From an uncultured virus (IMG/VR IMGVR_UViG_3300044641_006340) (taxonomy: Duplodnaviria > Heunggongvirae > Uroviricota > Caudoviricetes): 64,000 nucleotides of DNA. This document shows, in pieces, positions 9,448 to 19,435 of the stretch (its first letter is position 1; the number at the start of each line of letters is the position of its first letter). The notes under the pieces are model-generated. The model was not told the origin of the DNA. It was given only the letters and a program-made list of their open reading frames with translations, and searched no databases. The stretch lies in the IMG/VR virus record IMGVR_UViG_3300044641_006340. One strand, given 5' to 3'. Made by a program: the position numbers and the translations under genes.

Positions 9448-11068
9448 AAAATTTCAATATTCTTGTGGATGTTCGTTTAATGTAATTGAAGGCAATGACC
9501 CAGAAAAAACATTAATAGAATTCCTTCCTGTTATAGAAAATATACCGTTGGACTGTACCAAAACTTGGGAGTTAATATCTGCCGGTAATACAAAGGGATG
9601 TTTTCAGTTAGAGTCTAGGCTTGGTAAGTCTATGGCTAAAAAGTTAAAACCAGAAAATATTGAACAATTATCTGGGTTGATCAGTATTCTTAGACCGGGA
9701 TGTCTTGAAGCTTATAGAGAAGGTAAAAATGTTAGTAATCACTATATAGATAAAAAGAATGCTCAAGAATCAGTAGATTATTATCATCCTTCATTAGAAC
9801 CCATATTGCACAGTACATATGGTGAAATGATCTATCAGGAACAAGCTATGGAAATAGCTAAAGTAATTGCTGGTTTTAATTTGGAAGAAGCAGACATGTT
9901 GAGAAAAGCTATTGGAAAGAAAAAACCAGAGGAGATGGCCAAAATCAAGTCGAAGTTTTTAGAGGGATGTAAACTTAAGAATACGGTATCAACTGAACAA
10001 GCAGAAGAGATTTTTGGGTGGGTCGAAAAAAGCCAAAGATATTCATTTAACAAAAGCCATGCTGTGTCATATGCTATTAATGCCTATCTATCGGCGTATA
10101 CTAAGGCACATTTTCCCAGGGTGTTCTTTGCGTCATATCTAAGATTTGCGAAAGATAAAATAGACCCCAAAGCAGAAATAAAAGAGTTAGTACAAAATGC
10201 CAATGAGATGGATATAGATATTAGTATACCAGATATTAGAAATCTTAATAAGCACTTTATTTTAAAAAATCAAAAGATATATTTTGGATTAACAGATATC
10301 AAAGGTTTTGGCCAGTCTATTTTTGATAAATTAATCAAACTACTAAAAGATAAAAAACTATACATAGATAATATGACATGGATAGAATTACTCATGCATA
10401 TATTATTGAATATAAACTCTAATGCGTCCAAAGCTTTAATTCAAGCTGGTGCTTTATCTTTTCTGGTAAAGAGCAGAACTTCCATGCTTTTTGATTTTGG
10501 AATAGCTTCTGAATTAACAAAAAAAGAATGCGAATATATTATATCTAATATCTCTAAATATACAACAATATCGGATGCGATGCACGACCTGTATCATAAT
10601 GCTAAAATCAATAAAAACAGGAAAAGCATTATTCTTACTTTAATTAATGCTATTAATAAACCTCCATATTCTTTAGAGGATAATCCTGAATGGATAGCAG
10701 ATAGCGAAGATGAGATTTTAGGTTGTAATATTACATGTTCCAAGGTTGATATGTATGATGTTACAATGACAAATACTACATGCAAAGATTTTAAAAATAG
10801 CCTTTTCAAGGACAATATTCTACTTTGTGCAGAAATAGAGAATATAGGGATTACAAAAACAAAGAAGGGAAAAAATCCCGGATTAGAAATGGCATTCGTT
10901 ACAGTGAGTGATGGTACGGGTCTCTTGGACTCTGTTATATTTTTCCCAGAATCATACAAGATGTATCGTAATTTACTATTTAGTGGGAACGTTGTTATTA
11001 TTAAAGGGTCAAGAGCAAAAACTGGCGACTCTCTGATTGTTGAAAAAGTTTATCTGCCGAGCACTTGA
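9440..11068 (+). CDS. dnaE: DNA polymerase III alpha subunit, C-terminal part (fingers, HhH, OB fold)
   Basis: GNTKGCFQLES, ILRPG, MIYQEQ, ADMLRKAIGKK, YSFNKSHAVSYA, FGLTDIKGFG and OB-fold MAFVTVSD. Confidence 0.93.
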   Translation: MSKKFQYSCGCSFNVIEGNDPEKTLIEFLPVIENIPLDCTKTWELISAGNTKGCFQLESRLGKSMAKKLKPENIEQLSGLISILRPGCLEAYREGKNVSNHYIDKKNAQESVDYYHPSLEPILHSTYGEMIYQEQAMEIAKVIAGFNLEEADMLRKAIGKKKPEEMAKIKSKFLEGCKLKNTVSTEQAEEIFGWVEKSQRYSFNKSHAVSYAINAYLSAYTKAHFPRVFFASYLRFAKDKIDPKAEIKELVQNANEMDIDISIPDIRNLNKHFILKNQKIYFGLTDIKGFGQSIFDKLIKLLKDKKLYIDNMTWIELLMHILLNINSNASKALIQAGALSFLVKSRTSMLFDFGIASELTKKECEYIISNISKYTTISDAMHDLYHNAKINKNRKSIILTLINAINKPPYSLEDNPEWIADSEDEILGCNITCSKVDMYDVTMTNTTCKDFKNSLFKDNILLCAEIENIGITKTKKGKNPGLEMAFVTVSDGTGLLDSVIFFPESYKMYRNLLFSGNVVIIKGSRAKTGDSLIVEKVYLPST

Positions 11069-11093
11069 CGTTGCTCCGGGGTTCGTCTATTAT
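11065..11093 (+). promoter_or_regulatory. Sigma70-type promoter for ssb
   Basis: TTGACG (11065-11070), 17-bp spacer, TATTAT (11088-11093), followed by the RBS AAAGGAG before ssb. Confidence 0.7.
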
Positions 11094-11136
11094 AGTTCAG
11101 TCAGTTGGAATTGGTTATTTTCTTTAAAAGGAGATT

Positions 11137-11517
11137 TTGATGAATCTAAATATTTTACGTGGTAATTTAGCAAGAGATCCCGAGCTCAGGGTTGTTAGTA
11201 CAAACGGTAAGCAGACTTCAGTAGTAAATTTTACAGTTGCTGTTTCTCGTGAATATACTAAGGCTAATGGAGAAAAGGATAAGGTTACCACATTTGTTCC
11301 TTGCGAGGCTTGGGATACAGGGGCTGAAATTATTAGTCAGTCTTTTAAGAAGGGTGATCTTGTTCTAGTTGAGGGTTCTCTTAGAAATGATTCTTGGGAA
11401 AAGGATGGGGTAAAGCATAATAGCCTCAAGATCAGAGTAAACAATTTCTCAAAGATTACAAAGCTTTCTAACAGGAAAAACAAGGAAGCTTCAGAGGAAG
11501 AAGTGGTCAGTTTCTAA
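11137..11517 (+). CDS. ssb: Single-stranded DNA-binding protein
   Basis: GNLARDPELR, FTVAV, CEAW and KGDLVLVEGSL OB fold, with an acidic tail ending in F. Confidence 0.93.
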   Translation: MMNLNILRGNLARDPELRVVSTNGKQTSVVNFTVAVSREYTKANGEKDKVTTFVPCEAWDTGAEIISQSFKKGDLVLVEGSLRNDSWEKDGVKHNSLKIRVNNFSKITKLSNRKNKEASEEEVVSF

Positions 11518-11541
11518 TAATAACCTAAGAATAGGAATAGA

Positions 11542-11575
11542 GAGATGGGGGTGAAATACCCCCTTTCTCATTTTA
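11542..11575 (+). terminator. Probable intrinsic terminator after ssb
   Basis: Hairpin GGGGGT-GAAAT-ACCCCC with extended GAGA/TCTC pairing, followed by T-rich sequence. Confidence 0.6.
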
Positions 11576-11578
11576 CTT

Positions 11579-13246
11579 ATGAATAAAAAACTAAAGATTC
11601 TCATGTGTTCGGAAGCTAGCTTTTTGAGTTCCGGATTTGGTACTTATGCGAAGGAAATACTCAAAAGACTTCATGATACTGGCAAATATGAAATAGCGGA
11701 ATTTGCCTCATATGGTAAAGTTAATGATCCAAAAGATACAGACATCAGATGGAGATATTACGCCAACGCGGTAGACGATAAAGATCCGCGACATAGAGAA
11801 TACAGTAGTTCTATGGAAAACCAGTTTGGTCGATGGCGTTTTGAGAGAGTTTTGCTAGATTTTCGTCCAGATATAGTTTTTGATGTTCGTGACTACTGGA
11901 TGAATTCTTATCAACAATTTTCTCCACTAAGACCATTTTATCACTGGGTATTGATGCCGACTGTAGACTCTGCTCCACAACAAGAAGAGTGGATTGATAC
12001 TTTTTTACATGCAGATGCCGTATTCACATATTCTGATTTCGGTAGAGACACGCTATCTCAACAAAGTAACAATAAGATAAACTATATCGACACAACATCT
12101 CCCGGAGTAGATCTAAAAACATTCAATATTATCTCTAATAGAGATGAACTAAGAAATTCTTTAGGTATAGACCCGTCAGCTTTTGTTATTGGGTCTGTAA
12201 TGAGAAACCAAAAAAGAAAGTTAATGCCAGAACTTTTCGCTTCATTAAAACAGCTGCTAGATAAACTAGAAAAAGAAAACAATCCCATTGGCGAAAAAAC
12301 GTATCTTTATCTTCACACCAGCTATCCCGATGCTGGTTGGGATATTCCTCAGCTACTAAAAGAATATAAGATTGGTAATAGAGTTCTATTCACCTACAGT
12401 TGTAAAAATTGTGCTCATTTCGGTACGTCTCTATACCAACATCCTGTGGCATTTTGTCCGAGATGTGGACAAAAGTCAATGAGTATGCCTAATGTTAGTT
12501 CTGGTGTTAGTACTCAGATTTTATCTGCTATTATGAATACTTTTGATATATATGTACAATATGCTATCTGTGAGGGTTTTGGTATGCCTCAGGTAGAAGC
12601 TGCTGCATGTGGTATTCCTATAGCTTCTGTAGATTACAGCGCCATGAGTGACGTTGTTAATAAGCTGAATGGCTATCCAGTAAAAATTAACCAAGCATTC
12701 AAAGAACTAGAAACCAAGGCAATAAGAGTTTATCCAGATAATGATCATTTAGTAGAAATACTATATAATTATATAAACATGCCCAAAATACTGAAAAATC
12801 AAAAACGACATGAAACTAGAAAGTTAACAGAACAATATTATAACTGGGACTTAATTGCTAGTAAATGGGAAAAGTATTTTGATAGTGTTCAATTAAAAGG
12901 ATTGCAGGGCAAATGGGAAGAGAGTCTCACAACCTTATCTAAGATAGATAATATTCCTGAAAATGCAACGAGTTATCATGATGCTCTAATGAGCGTAGTA
13001 TCAAAACATATGCCGAACCATCAAATAGCTTCGTCTATGGTTTTATTGAATATGATGAGAGATTTAGATTATGGCTTTACTCTAAATGGTATGAATACTG
13101 AACCATATGGAATATCTAAAACTTTAGATGTTCTTAATAATATGATATCAAATAATAATATAGCTCAAAAAGCTAAAGAAGCTGATAGCGGTCTAAAAAA
13201 TGAAGACTTTATAGAATACGCGAACATGAAAGCCAGATTACAATGA
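11579..13246 (+). CDS. GT-B (GT4-like) glycosyltransferase with Zn-ribbon insertion
   Basis: SGFGTYA N-terminal motif, RNQKRK and EGFGMPQVEAAACGIP. Insert CKNC..CPRC. Confidence 0.88.
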   Translation: MNKKLKILMCSEASFLSSGFGTYAKEILKRLHDTGKYEIAEFASYGKVNDPKDTDIRWRYYANAVDDKDPRHREYSSSMENQFGRWRFERVLLDFRPDIVFDVRDYWMNSYQQFSPLRPFYHWVLMPTVDSAPQQEEWIDTFLHADAVFTYSDFGRDTLSQQSNNKINYIDTTSPGVDLKTFNIISNRDELRNSLGIDPSAFVIGSVMRNQKRKLMPELFASLKQLLDKLEKENNPIGEKTYLYLHTSYPDAGWDIPQLLKEYKIGNRVLFTYSCKNCAHFGTSLYQHPVAFCPRCGQKSMSMPNVSSGVSTQILSAIMNTFDIYVQYAICEGFGMPQVEAAACGIPIASVDYSAMSDVVNKLNGYPVKINQAFKELETKAIRVYPDNDHLVEILYNYINMPKILKNQKRHETRKLTEQYYNWDLIASKWEKYFDSVQLKGLQGKWEESLTTLSKIDNIPENATSYHDALMSVVSKHMPNHQIASSMVLLNMMRDLDYGFTLNGMNTEPYGISKTLDVLNNMISNNNIAQKAKEADSGLKNEDFIEYANMKARLQ

Positions 13247-14367
13247 ATGTACTATTTGTAGGTCCATATAGACAAAATGATGGTTGGGGTATGGCGACTA
13301 AAAGCTATATTAGAGCAGTCGCGACTAAATGTCCCAACTTAACTATCAGACCAGTATTTTTAGCTTCAGCATCTAATGATGAACTAGAGCCGGATCTAGT
13401 AAAATATGAGAATACAAAATATGATACATACGATATCGTAATACAAAAGACTTTGCCTCATTGTTTTTTTTATGATGGCAGATATAAAAAGAACATTGGA
13501 TTAACAGAGCTAGAGACAAATAATTTGTCTAATTCTGAATGTATAGCCAACATGAACAGAATGGATGAGATTTGGGTACCTAGTAATCAAGAAAAGAAAA
13601 GCTTACTAAAATCAGGTGTTAATAAACCTATTCACAGCATATCTCAACCATTAGATACAGAACTATTAAAAAAGTACAGTAGTCATAAAATAGGGTTTAG
13701 CGAAATAATTAATAGAACATTTAAGTTTTATTTTATTGGAGAATATGTAGAACGTAAAAATTTACAAGATTTAATTTTAGCTTTTAATTTAGCCTTTGAT
13801 ATTAACCAACCAGTATCTCTAATTATTAAAACCTCTATCTCTGGCATGTCTCCGCACGAAAGCTATAAAACAATAGAAAACGACTTAGAAACAATCAAGA
13901 AAAAACTTTCAGTAAGTCAAAGATATAGAAAAGAAATTATTATACCAGAAAGATTATCTGATCAGGACATAATAGGACTTCATAACGCGTGTGATTGCTT
14001 AATAGCTCCTTCTTTTGGAGAAGCCTTCTGTAGACCAGCAGCTGAAGCTTTATGTTTGGGGAAAACTCCCATAGTAACAGATAATACTGGTATGATAGAC
14101 TATATAAACAATGAAAATGGTTTTATTGTTAAAAGTCATAGGACACCAGTTTTTATAGATAATAGGCCATTATCTAAAGATTTTGATATATACACATCTA
14201 ATGAATATTGGTATAGGATTGATATATATGATCTAATATCTAAAATGCAAAATGTATACAAGCTGTATAAGGAAAACAAAAAAGATTTAGAAAATAAAAG
14301 AGAGATAGGAAGAAATAGTATGGATCGTTTCAGTTACGAAAATATAGGGAAAAAACTATGTACTTGA
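13243..14367 (+). CDS. GT-B (GT4-like) glycosyltransferase
   Basis: DEIWVPS, ERKNLQDLI and PSFGEAFCRPAAEALCLG motifs. Confidence 0.85.
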   Translation: MNVLFVGPYRQNDGWGMATKSYIRAVATKCPNLTIRPVFLASASNDELEPDLVKYENTKYDTYDIVIQKTLPHCFFYDGRYKKNIGLTELETNNLSNSECIANMNRMDEIWVPSNQEKKSLLKSGVNKPIHSISQPLDTELLKKYSSHKIGFSEIINRTFKFYFIGEYVERKNLQDLILAFNLAFDINQPVSLIIKTSISGMSPHESYKTIENDLETIKKKLSVSQRYRKEIIIPERLSDQDIIGLHNACDCLIAPSFGEAFCRPAAEALCLGKTPIVTDNTGMIDYINNENGFIVKSHRTPVFIDNRPLSKDFDIYTSNEYWYRIDIYDLISKMQNVYKLYKENKKDLENKREIGRNSMDRFSYENIGKKLCT

Positions 14368-15275
14368 GCTTTATTACTGGTAACGTATTGCAGAAATTAT
14401 CGTCTAATAAAAAAAATATAGTATTTTATCCTCAAAATAATTTATTTGATCATACTGTATTTCAACTTATCGATAATAACTATTACATATTTGGTGACAA
14501 CAAAACCAATTATAGCATACCTAACGTAATAGATCTCCCTCAGTCCCACCTAAGTCTGTATAACTACAATCTGTCTATCACTAATAATATTATAGGTTAT
14601 TCAACTTCAAACCTTAAAAAATTTCACATAAATAGTATAATTTTTACACACTCATATAGGCCACACTTTATTAAAAAAGAAGATGCTTCTATATTAAATA
14701 ACAATCTATCAAAAGAAATCAAAATTTTTTTTAGTGAAAACGCAAGAAAATCTTGGGGCATAAATCAGAGATATGAGGTTATTAAATATGGAATTCCAAA
14801 AGCATTCAACAATCTAGGACTAGAGAGACCAAAAGATGTGCTAATATTAAATTTCGATAAAGCAGTACATAACTCTCAACTATTAAGAGCTATGAAGTCC
14901 AGAGGCTATGAGTGTGACACATTGGACTCTAATAAAATGAGTGTCGATCAATTAAATAGTATCTGTAATCAGTACAAAATATGTATCGATTTTGCAGATC
15001 ACAACGTGGTAAATCTTTTGTGTTCTATAGCTTCTGGATGCAAAGCCATCGGCTTAAAAACAGAGATGCTGGCCAATGATTATGGCGATGTTCCTGGTCT
15101 ATACCTTATAAATTCTCCATCTGAGGTTATTGATGCCATCGGATCTATCATTAAAGACACAGACACTATTGAAGATAATTCAGTCGCTGTGCATGAAATG
15201 TTTGATTTTAATTCATTTAGCGAATCTTTAAAAAATAGCATTAACACAATCAATCAGGAGGCGTTTATTATATGA
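14358..15275 (+). CDS. Divergent glycosyltransferase-like protein
   Basis: VIKYGIP and SIASGC resemble degenerate GT-B motifs. Lies within the GT cluster. Confidence 0.45.
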   Translation: MYLSFITGNVLQKLSSNKKNIVFYPQNNLFDHTVFQLIDNNYYIFGDNKTNYSIPNVIDLPQSHLSLYNYNLSITNNIIGYSTSNLKKFHINSIIFTHSYRPHFIKKEDASILNNNLSKEIKIFFSENARKSWGINQRYEVIKYGIPKAFNNLGLERPKDVLILNFDKAVHNSQLLRAMKSRGYECDTLDSNKMSVDQLNSICNQYKICIDFADHNVVNLLCSIASGCKAIGLKTEMLANDYGDVPGLYLINSPSEVIDAIGSIIKDTDTIEDNSVAVHEMFDFNSFSESLKNSINTINQEAFII

Positions 15276-15688
15276 TAGGGCAAGTAAATATAACTATTGA
15301 CCAATCGACAGACGAAATTGCTGGATACAATAATATTAATTACAAACAATTATCCTCTATCACTAATGGATATGTTGAATCTATAATTTTTACAACTATA
15401 GACAAACTTGATCCGAAAGACAGAAATGGTATTTTGGTCGAATGTCTCAAAAAGCTGACTCCTGGAGCACAGTTGACTGTTAGATTTTTGAATCTTGTAT
15501 TATTGGCCAATAGAGTTAAAGCTAGTTACATAGATGGAGATAAGTTTGCTGATATTATCAAAAATTTAAACTCCTTTTGGACAGAATCAGATTTTATGGG
15601 TTTAATATCTTCTATGAGCGATTTTAAATTAATAAAACTAGTTAATGAAGATCTGAATCTTGTTGCAGTAATCGAAAAGAATAAATGA
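15272..15688 (+). CDS. Degenerate SAM-methyltransferase-like protein
   Basis: ECLKKLTPGAQL resembles the 'E..RVLKPGG' motif, but there is no clear GxG SAM loop. Confidence 0.4.
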   Translation: MIGQVNITIDQSTDEIAGYNNINYKQLSSITNGYVESIIFTTIDKLDPKDRNGILVECLKKLTPGAQLTVRFLNLVLLANRVKASYIDGDKFADIIKNLNSFWTESDFMGLISSMSDFKLIKLVNEDLNLVAVIEKNK

Positions 15689-16386
15689 AAAACATTCAAT
15701 GTTTTATACTGTCTTATGAAATTACAAAAGGCATGAAGTCCTATGGTCCTTTGGGGCTTTTAAAAAATAATGACCACTCTAAGGAACTGATATTGCATCA
15801 AATAGAATGCGTAAATAGAGTATTCTCTAAACCCGCTATCACTATCGTTTCAGGATTTGGTACTGAAAAATTATACAAAAAACTGTCTAAGAATATAGGT
15901 AAAATATATAACGACAAGTTCGAAAATGCTAATCATGGATATGCCATTAAGCTAATATTAGCAAATTTCGATTCTAATAAATATGATGGCTTATTTATAA
16001 TGGATCACGGAGTTGTTCTAAAAGATGTTGAAAACTTGCCCTGTCCTCCTTTTAAAAATTCATGGATACTGAATCGAAAAACTAAAAAACATGACACCAA
16101 GAACAAATATATAGGCTCTGTGATGGATGCTCAGGACCAGCTAGATTACATATTCTATGATGTCGGATCTTTAGCTTGGTGTAATTCGGTCTATTTATGC
16201 AAAAAAGATGTGGAGAAACTAAAGGCTTCTACTAATACTTTTTATGATAATATGTTTCTATTTGAAGTAATAAACAAATCTGTAAGTTCCAATATGATAA
16301 AATACCACAACTTTGTTATACCTAACGACTCATTTATAATGATTGCAGGCATCAAGGACAAGTACAAAATTAAAGAAAAAATATGA
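15685..16386 (+). CDS. Nucleotidyltransferase-like protein (LicC/NTP-transferase, GT-A fold)
   Basis: GMKSYGPLGLL, LILHQIE, IVSGF and IYNDKFENAN resemble sugar/choline-phosphate NTP-transferases. The N-terminal AAG motif is degenerate. Confidence 0.6.
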   Translation: MKNIQCFILSYEITKGMKSYGPLGLLKNNDHSKELILHQIECVNRVFSKPAITIVSGFGTEKLYKKLSKNIGKIYNDKFENANHGYAIKLILANFDSNKYDGLFIMDHGVVLKDVENLPCPPFKNSWILNRKTKKHDTKNKYIGSVMDAQDQLDYIFYDVGSLAWCNSVYLCKKDVEKLKASTNTFYDNMFLFEVINKSVSSNMIKYHNFVIPNDSFIMIAGIKDKYKIKEKI

Positions 16387-17150
16387 AAAAAATATTAATC
16401 CATTTATCTAACGAAAACGAATACCGATCTTTTGTAAGAGCGCTGGTAAAAAATGCATCAAGTGACTACCAGCTAATAGGTAATGCTTTACATGATGTAT
16501 TATTTGATACTAATCACAAAATAAAACCAGAATTAGTATTACTGCCGTCTAATGAATATACTCAAGAATTTCATGACTATATAACAGAATTTCACAAAAC
16601 CGTTAAAATTATTCTTTTTACCAATAACTTAGTAGTAAATGAAAAAATTATAGACTTCTGGAATTTTACGAATACTGTGGTAGTTTCTAAAAAAGAATGG
16701 TATCCCGAAAAAAAACCAGAAAAATTTATATCGTACGATAATCTATATGATAATGAAATATATAAAAATTTAGAAAAACCAAGAAACAATAAAATTGCTG
16801 TATATTTATCATCAGATGATCAAAAAAATCATGATCTTCTGGACAAGGTTTTGTACCCCAACTCTGTAGCACCTCTATGTCTATTCAATTCTATTTCTTT
16901 TAAGCATAGTCAAAATTTAGGACTCTTAACTCCCGAAGATTCCTGCAAAATACTAAATACTTATAGAGCACTAATAGATATAGATAATAAGTTTTATTTG
17001 GAAGCCACAGCGTGCGGTATAGATAATCTATCAACGTCTGGAGATATCCAAAACATTATAGATAACAATATATGTAAAAAAACAATAGAAGAAGCTAATA
17101 GTAAATCATACTCTAATTTTATACAAACAGCACTTTTACCAATTTTATAG
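16383..17150 (+). CDS. Hypothetical protein, glycosyltransferase-like
   Basis: LEATACG resembles the GT-B 'EAxACG' motif. Supported by cluster context. Confidence 0.45.
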   Translation: MKKILIHLSNENEYRSFVRALVKNASSDYQLIGNALHDVLFDTNHKIKPELVLLPSNEYTQEFHDYITEFHKTVKIILFTNNLVVNEKIIDFWNFTNTVVVSKKEWYPEKKPEKFISYDNLYDNEIYKNLEKPRNNKIAVYLSSDDQKNHDLLDKVLYPNSVAPLCLFNSISFKHSQNLGLLTPEDSCKILNTYRALIDIDNKFYLEATACGIDNLSTSGDIQNIIDNNICKKTIEEANSKSYSNFIQTALLPIL

Positions 17151-17159
17151 GAAAATATA

Positions 17160-17627
17160 ATGGATATAGGTTTTTATCTTTTAGACGTAGTAGTAAATAA
17201 CGAGAAACAAGACGCTATACTGTCTAGTATTAACGATCTATGCAGAGCTAGACCCTACTATAATATAGTACTGTTTAATAATCAATTTGCTAGAATTGAT
17301 AACAATAAAAAGTATTATACGCTACATATACAGCAAGCAAAGTATTTTGATGGTATGCTATTCGTTTTTGATACTAAAAGCGCTATGCTAACTCAAACAT
17401 TTCCGTCGCCAAAAAAACAAATACTGTTACTATCGGAACCAGAGTGGTCAAATGACACATCTTTGCCATATGGTTTTTGGGAAAATATTTATATGAAAGA
17501 TAATATAGAGTTAATTACGGATAATGAAAACACTCATCAGCTATGTGAAATTTGTTGGAAAAAACCTTTACATCTATTGAAAACTCTTAATGGAGAGGAA
17601 ATCGGTAATGTCGTCAATAAATTATGA
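17160..17627 (+). CDS. Hypothetical protein
   Basis: 155-aa ORF preceded by an AGGA RBS. Confidence 0.6.
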   Translation: MDIGFYLLDVVVNNEKQDAILSSINDLCRARPYYNIVLFNNQFARIDNNKKYYTLHIQQAKYFDGMLFVFDTKSAMLTQTFPSPKKQILLLSEPEWSNDTSLPYGFWENIYMKDNIELITDNENTHQLCEICWKKPLHLLKTLNGEEIGNVVNKL

Positions 17628-18399
17628 AAATTTAAACGAAGCTCAAAGAAAACAGCTACTAAATGATTTATACCTAAAAAACAAACTAAGCTTTCATGAT
17701 ATAGCAATTCAATATAATACCTATGCTAACAAACTTAGACGAGACGCTAAAAAATTTAATATAAAAATTAGAGATAAAAGTCAAGCTCAAAAAAATGCTT
17801 TGAAAACAGGAAAGCATAAACACCCAACAAAAGGACAAGAAAGATCGCTAACCACCAAAGCGAAGATTGGCAAAGGAGTGATGAGATCATGGGATTCTCT
17901 ATCTGATGAAGAACTTAGAGCAAGACAGGATAAGAGTAGAGCAAATTGGGAAACCATGGATGATCAAACAAAAGCAGATATTCTTAAATTAGCGAATGAA
18001 GCAGCGAGATTAAGTAGTAAAACAGGATCCAAGCTAGAGAAATACCTACTAGACAGACTACTGCAAGAAGGGTATAAAATTGACTTCCATAAGGAGCAAA
18101 TGTTATCAAATACCAAGTTGCAAATAGACCTGTTTCTGCCTACAATGAATCTAGCTATAGAAGTTGACGGGCCGTCTCACTTCTCTCCAATTTGGGGAGA
18201 AGATGCTTTAGAAAGAAACAAAAGATACGACGAGAAAAAAAATGGATTACTCACAGGAAAAGGCTTGAGTCTAATTAGAGTAAAACAAACCAAAGATTTC
18301 TCAATGGCACGAGCAAATATAATTTATCAACAACTATTAGACATTATTACCAATCAAACTTTTAAAAGTACTTCACTTATAGAAATTGAGGACAACTGA
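17590..18399 (+). CDS. DUF559/Vsr-like endonuclease with N-terminal HTH and NUMOD3-like segment (homing-endonuclease-like)
   Basis: LSFHDIA HTH, KGQERSLTTKAKIG NUMOD3-like segment, and IDLFLP..AIEVDGPSH..DEKKN nuclease motifs. Confidence 0.72.
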   Translation: MERKSVMSSINYENLNEAQRKQLLNDLYLKNKLSFHDIAIQYNTYANKLRRDAKKFNIKIRDKSQAQKNALKTGKHKHPTKGQERSLTTKAKIGKGVMRSWDSLSDEELRARQDKSRANWETMDDQTKADILKLANEAARLSSKTGSKLEKYLLDRLLQEGYKIDFHKEQMLSNTKLQIDLFLPTMNLAIEVDGPSHFSPIWGEDALERNKRYDEKKNGLLTGKGLSLIRVKQTKDFSMARANIIYQQLLDIITNQTFKSTSLIEIEDN

Positions 18400-18400
18400 A

Positions 18401-19096
18401 ATGGTCAAGGAAAAGAAAGAGACGGTCGCAGAAACAGAAGAACAGAAACCTGTAACTCCTAATGATCCAGGATGGACTGATCATGTTTTGAGTATGTTGG
18501 GCGATGATGAAAAAATATCTGGAAATCCTACTACAGATGGCTTGCGTCGAGTACTAGAAAAGGCTCTTAACTGTAGAATGATCCAGTCTACTAGTGATGT
18601 TGTCCAATCACCATCTCCAGAAAATGAAAAAAGAGCCACTGTTGTTCATACTCTGGTATATCTTGTTAATCAAACAGATATTGCTGTGACAGTTAGTGGT
18701 GCTGCTGATGTTTTTTGGGGTAATTGTGATAAGATATATCGTAACTACCCGGTGGCTGTGGCTGAAACTAGAGCAGAAGGTCGGGCTTTAAGAAGAGCTT
18801 TAAGACTTCGCAAAGTAGTCGCGGCAGAGGAGCTGGCTGCAAATATCGAGGATCATCCTGACGCCGATTCTGTGTCAAAGATTAGTATAAATCAAATTAA
18901 TTTTATTGATGTAATTGCTCAAAGATTAAATATTAATGCTGTTTCTTTAATAAAATCGCTTGACATAAAAGAAACCAATGTCTATAATATAAGTCATGAG
19001 GAAGCTGTTAAGGTAATTCAGCAATTGACATCGTATCAACAAAATATGTCAAATATACCTCAAGATTTAATAGGCTATGATAATAAATGGAAATAA
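18401..19096 (+). CDS. Putative ssDNA-annealing protein (Rad52-like fold)
   Basis: AVAETRAEGRALRRAL resembles the 'AET.A.GRAL' motif of phage annealing proteins. C-terminal ISINQINFI..EEAVKVIQQL. Confidence 0.5.
   Translation: MVKEKKETVAETEEQKPVTPNDPGWTDHVLSMLGDDEKISGNPTTDGLRRVLEKALNCRMIQSTSDVVQSPSPENEKRATVVHTLVYLVNQTDIAVTVSGAADVFWGNCDKIYRNYPVAVAETRAEGRALRRALRLRKVVAAEELAANIEDHPDADSVSKISINQINFIDVIAQRLNINAVSLIKSLDIKETNVYNISHEEAVKVIQQLTSYQQNMSNIPQDLIGYDNKWK
18960..18988 (+). promoter_or_regulatory. Perfect consensus sigma70 promoter, internal to a CDS
   Basis: TTGACA (18960-18965), 17 bp, TATAAT (18983-18988). Confidence 0.8.
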
Positions 19097-19099
19097 CTT

Positions 19100-19435
19100 A
19101 TGAAAGTAACATATCGCGCTAGTGACAAGCTTCAATTTGAATTAGAGGGTTCCGGACAGAAAGAAATATTTAAAGAACTAGCTCTCATACAGGAAATTTT
19201 CTCCGAAGAGAAGTGTGGCTTGTGTGGTAGTACTAATCTAAGATTTATTGTTAGAAATGTAGAAGGCAATGATTACTACGAGCTAAGATGTAATGATTGT
19301 GGTGCGGTGCTGGCATTTGGTCAGCATAAAAAAGGTGGCACACTTTTCCCCAAAAGAAAAGATGATGAAAATAATTGGTTACCAAATAACGGTTGGCACA
19401 AATGGCAAAAAAATACCTTGGAAAAACAAAGTTAG
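19100..19435 (+). CDS. Zn-ribbon hypothetical protein
   Basis: CGLC...CNDC. Lies downstream of the consensus promoter. Confidence 0.7.
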   Translation: MKVTYRASDKLQFELEGSGQKEIFKELALIQEIFSEEKCGLCGSTNLRFIVRNVEGNDYYELRCNDCGAVLAFGQHKKGGTLFPKRKDDENNWLPNNGWHKWQKNTLEKQS

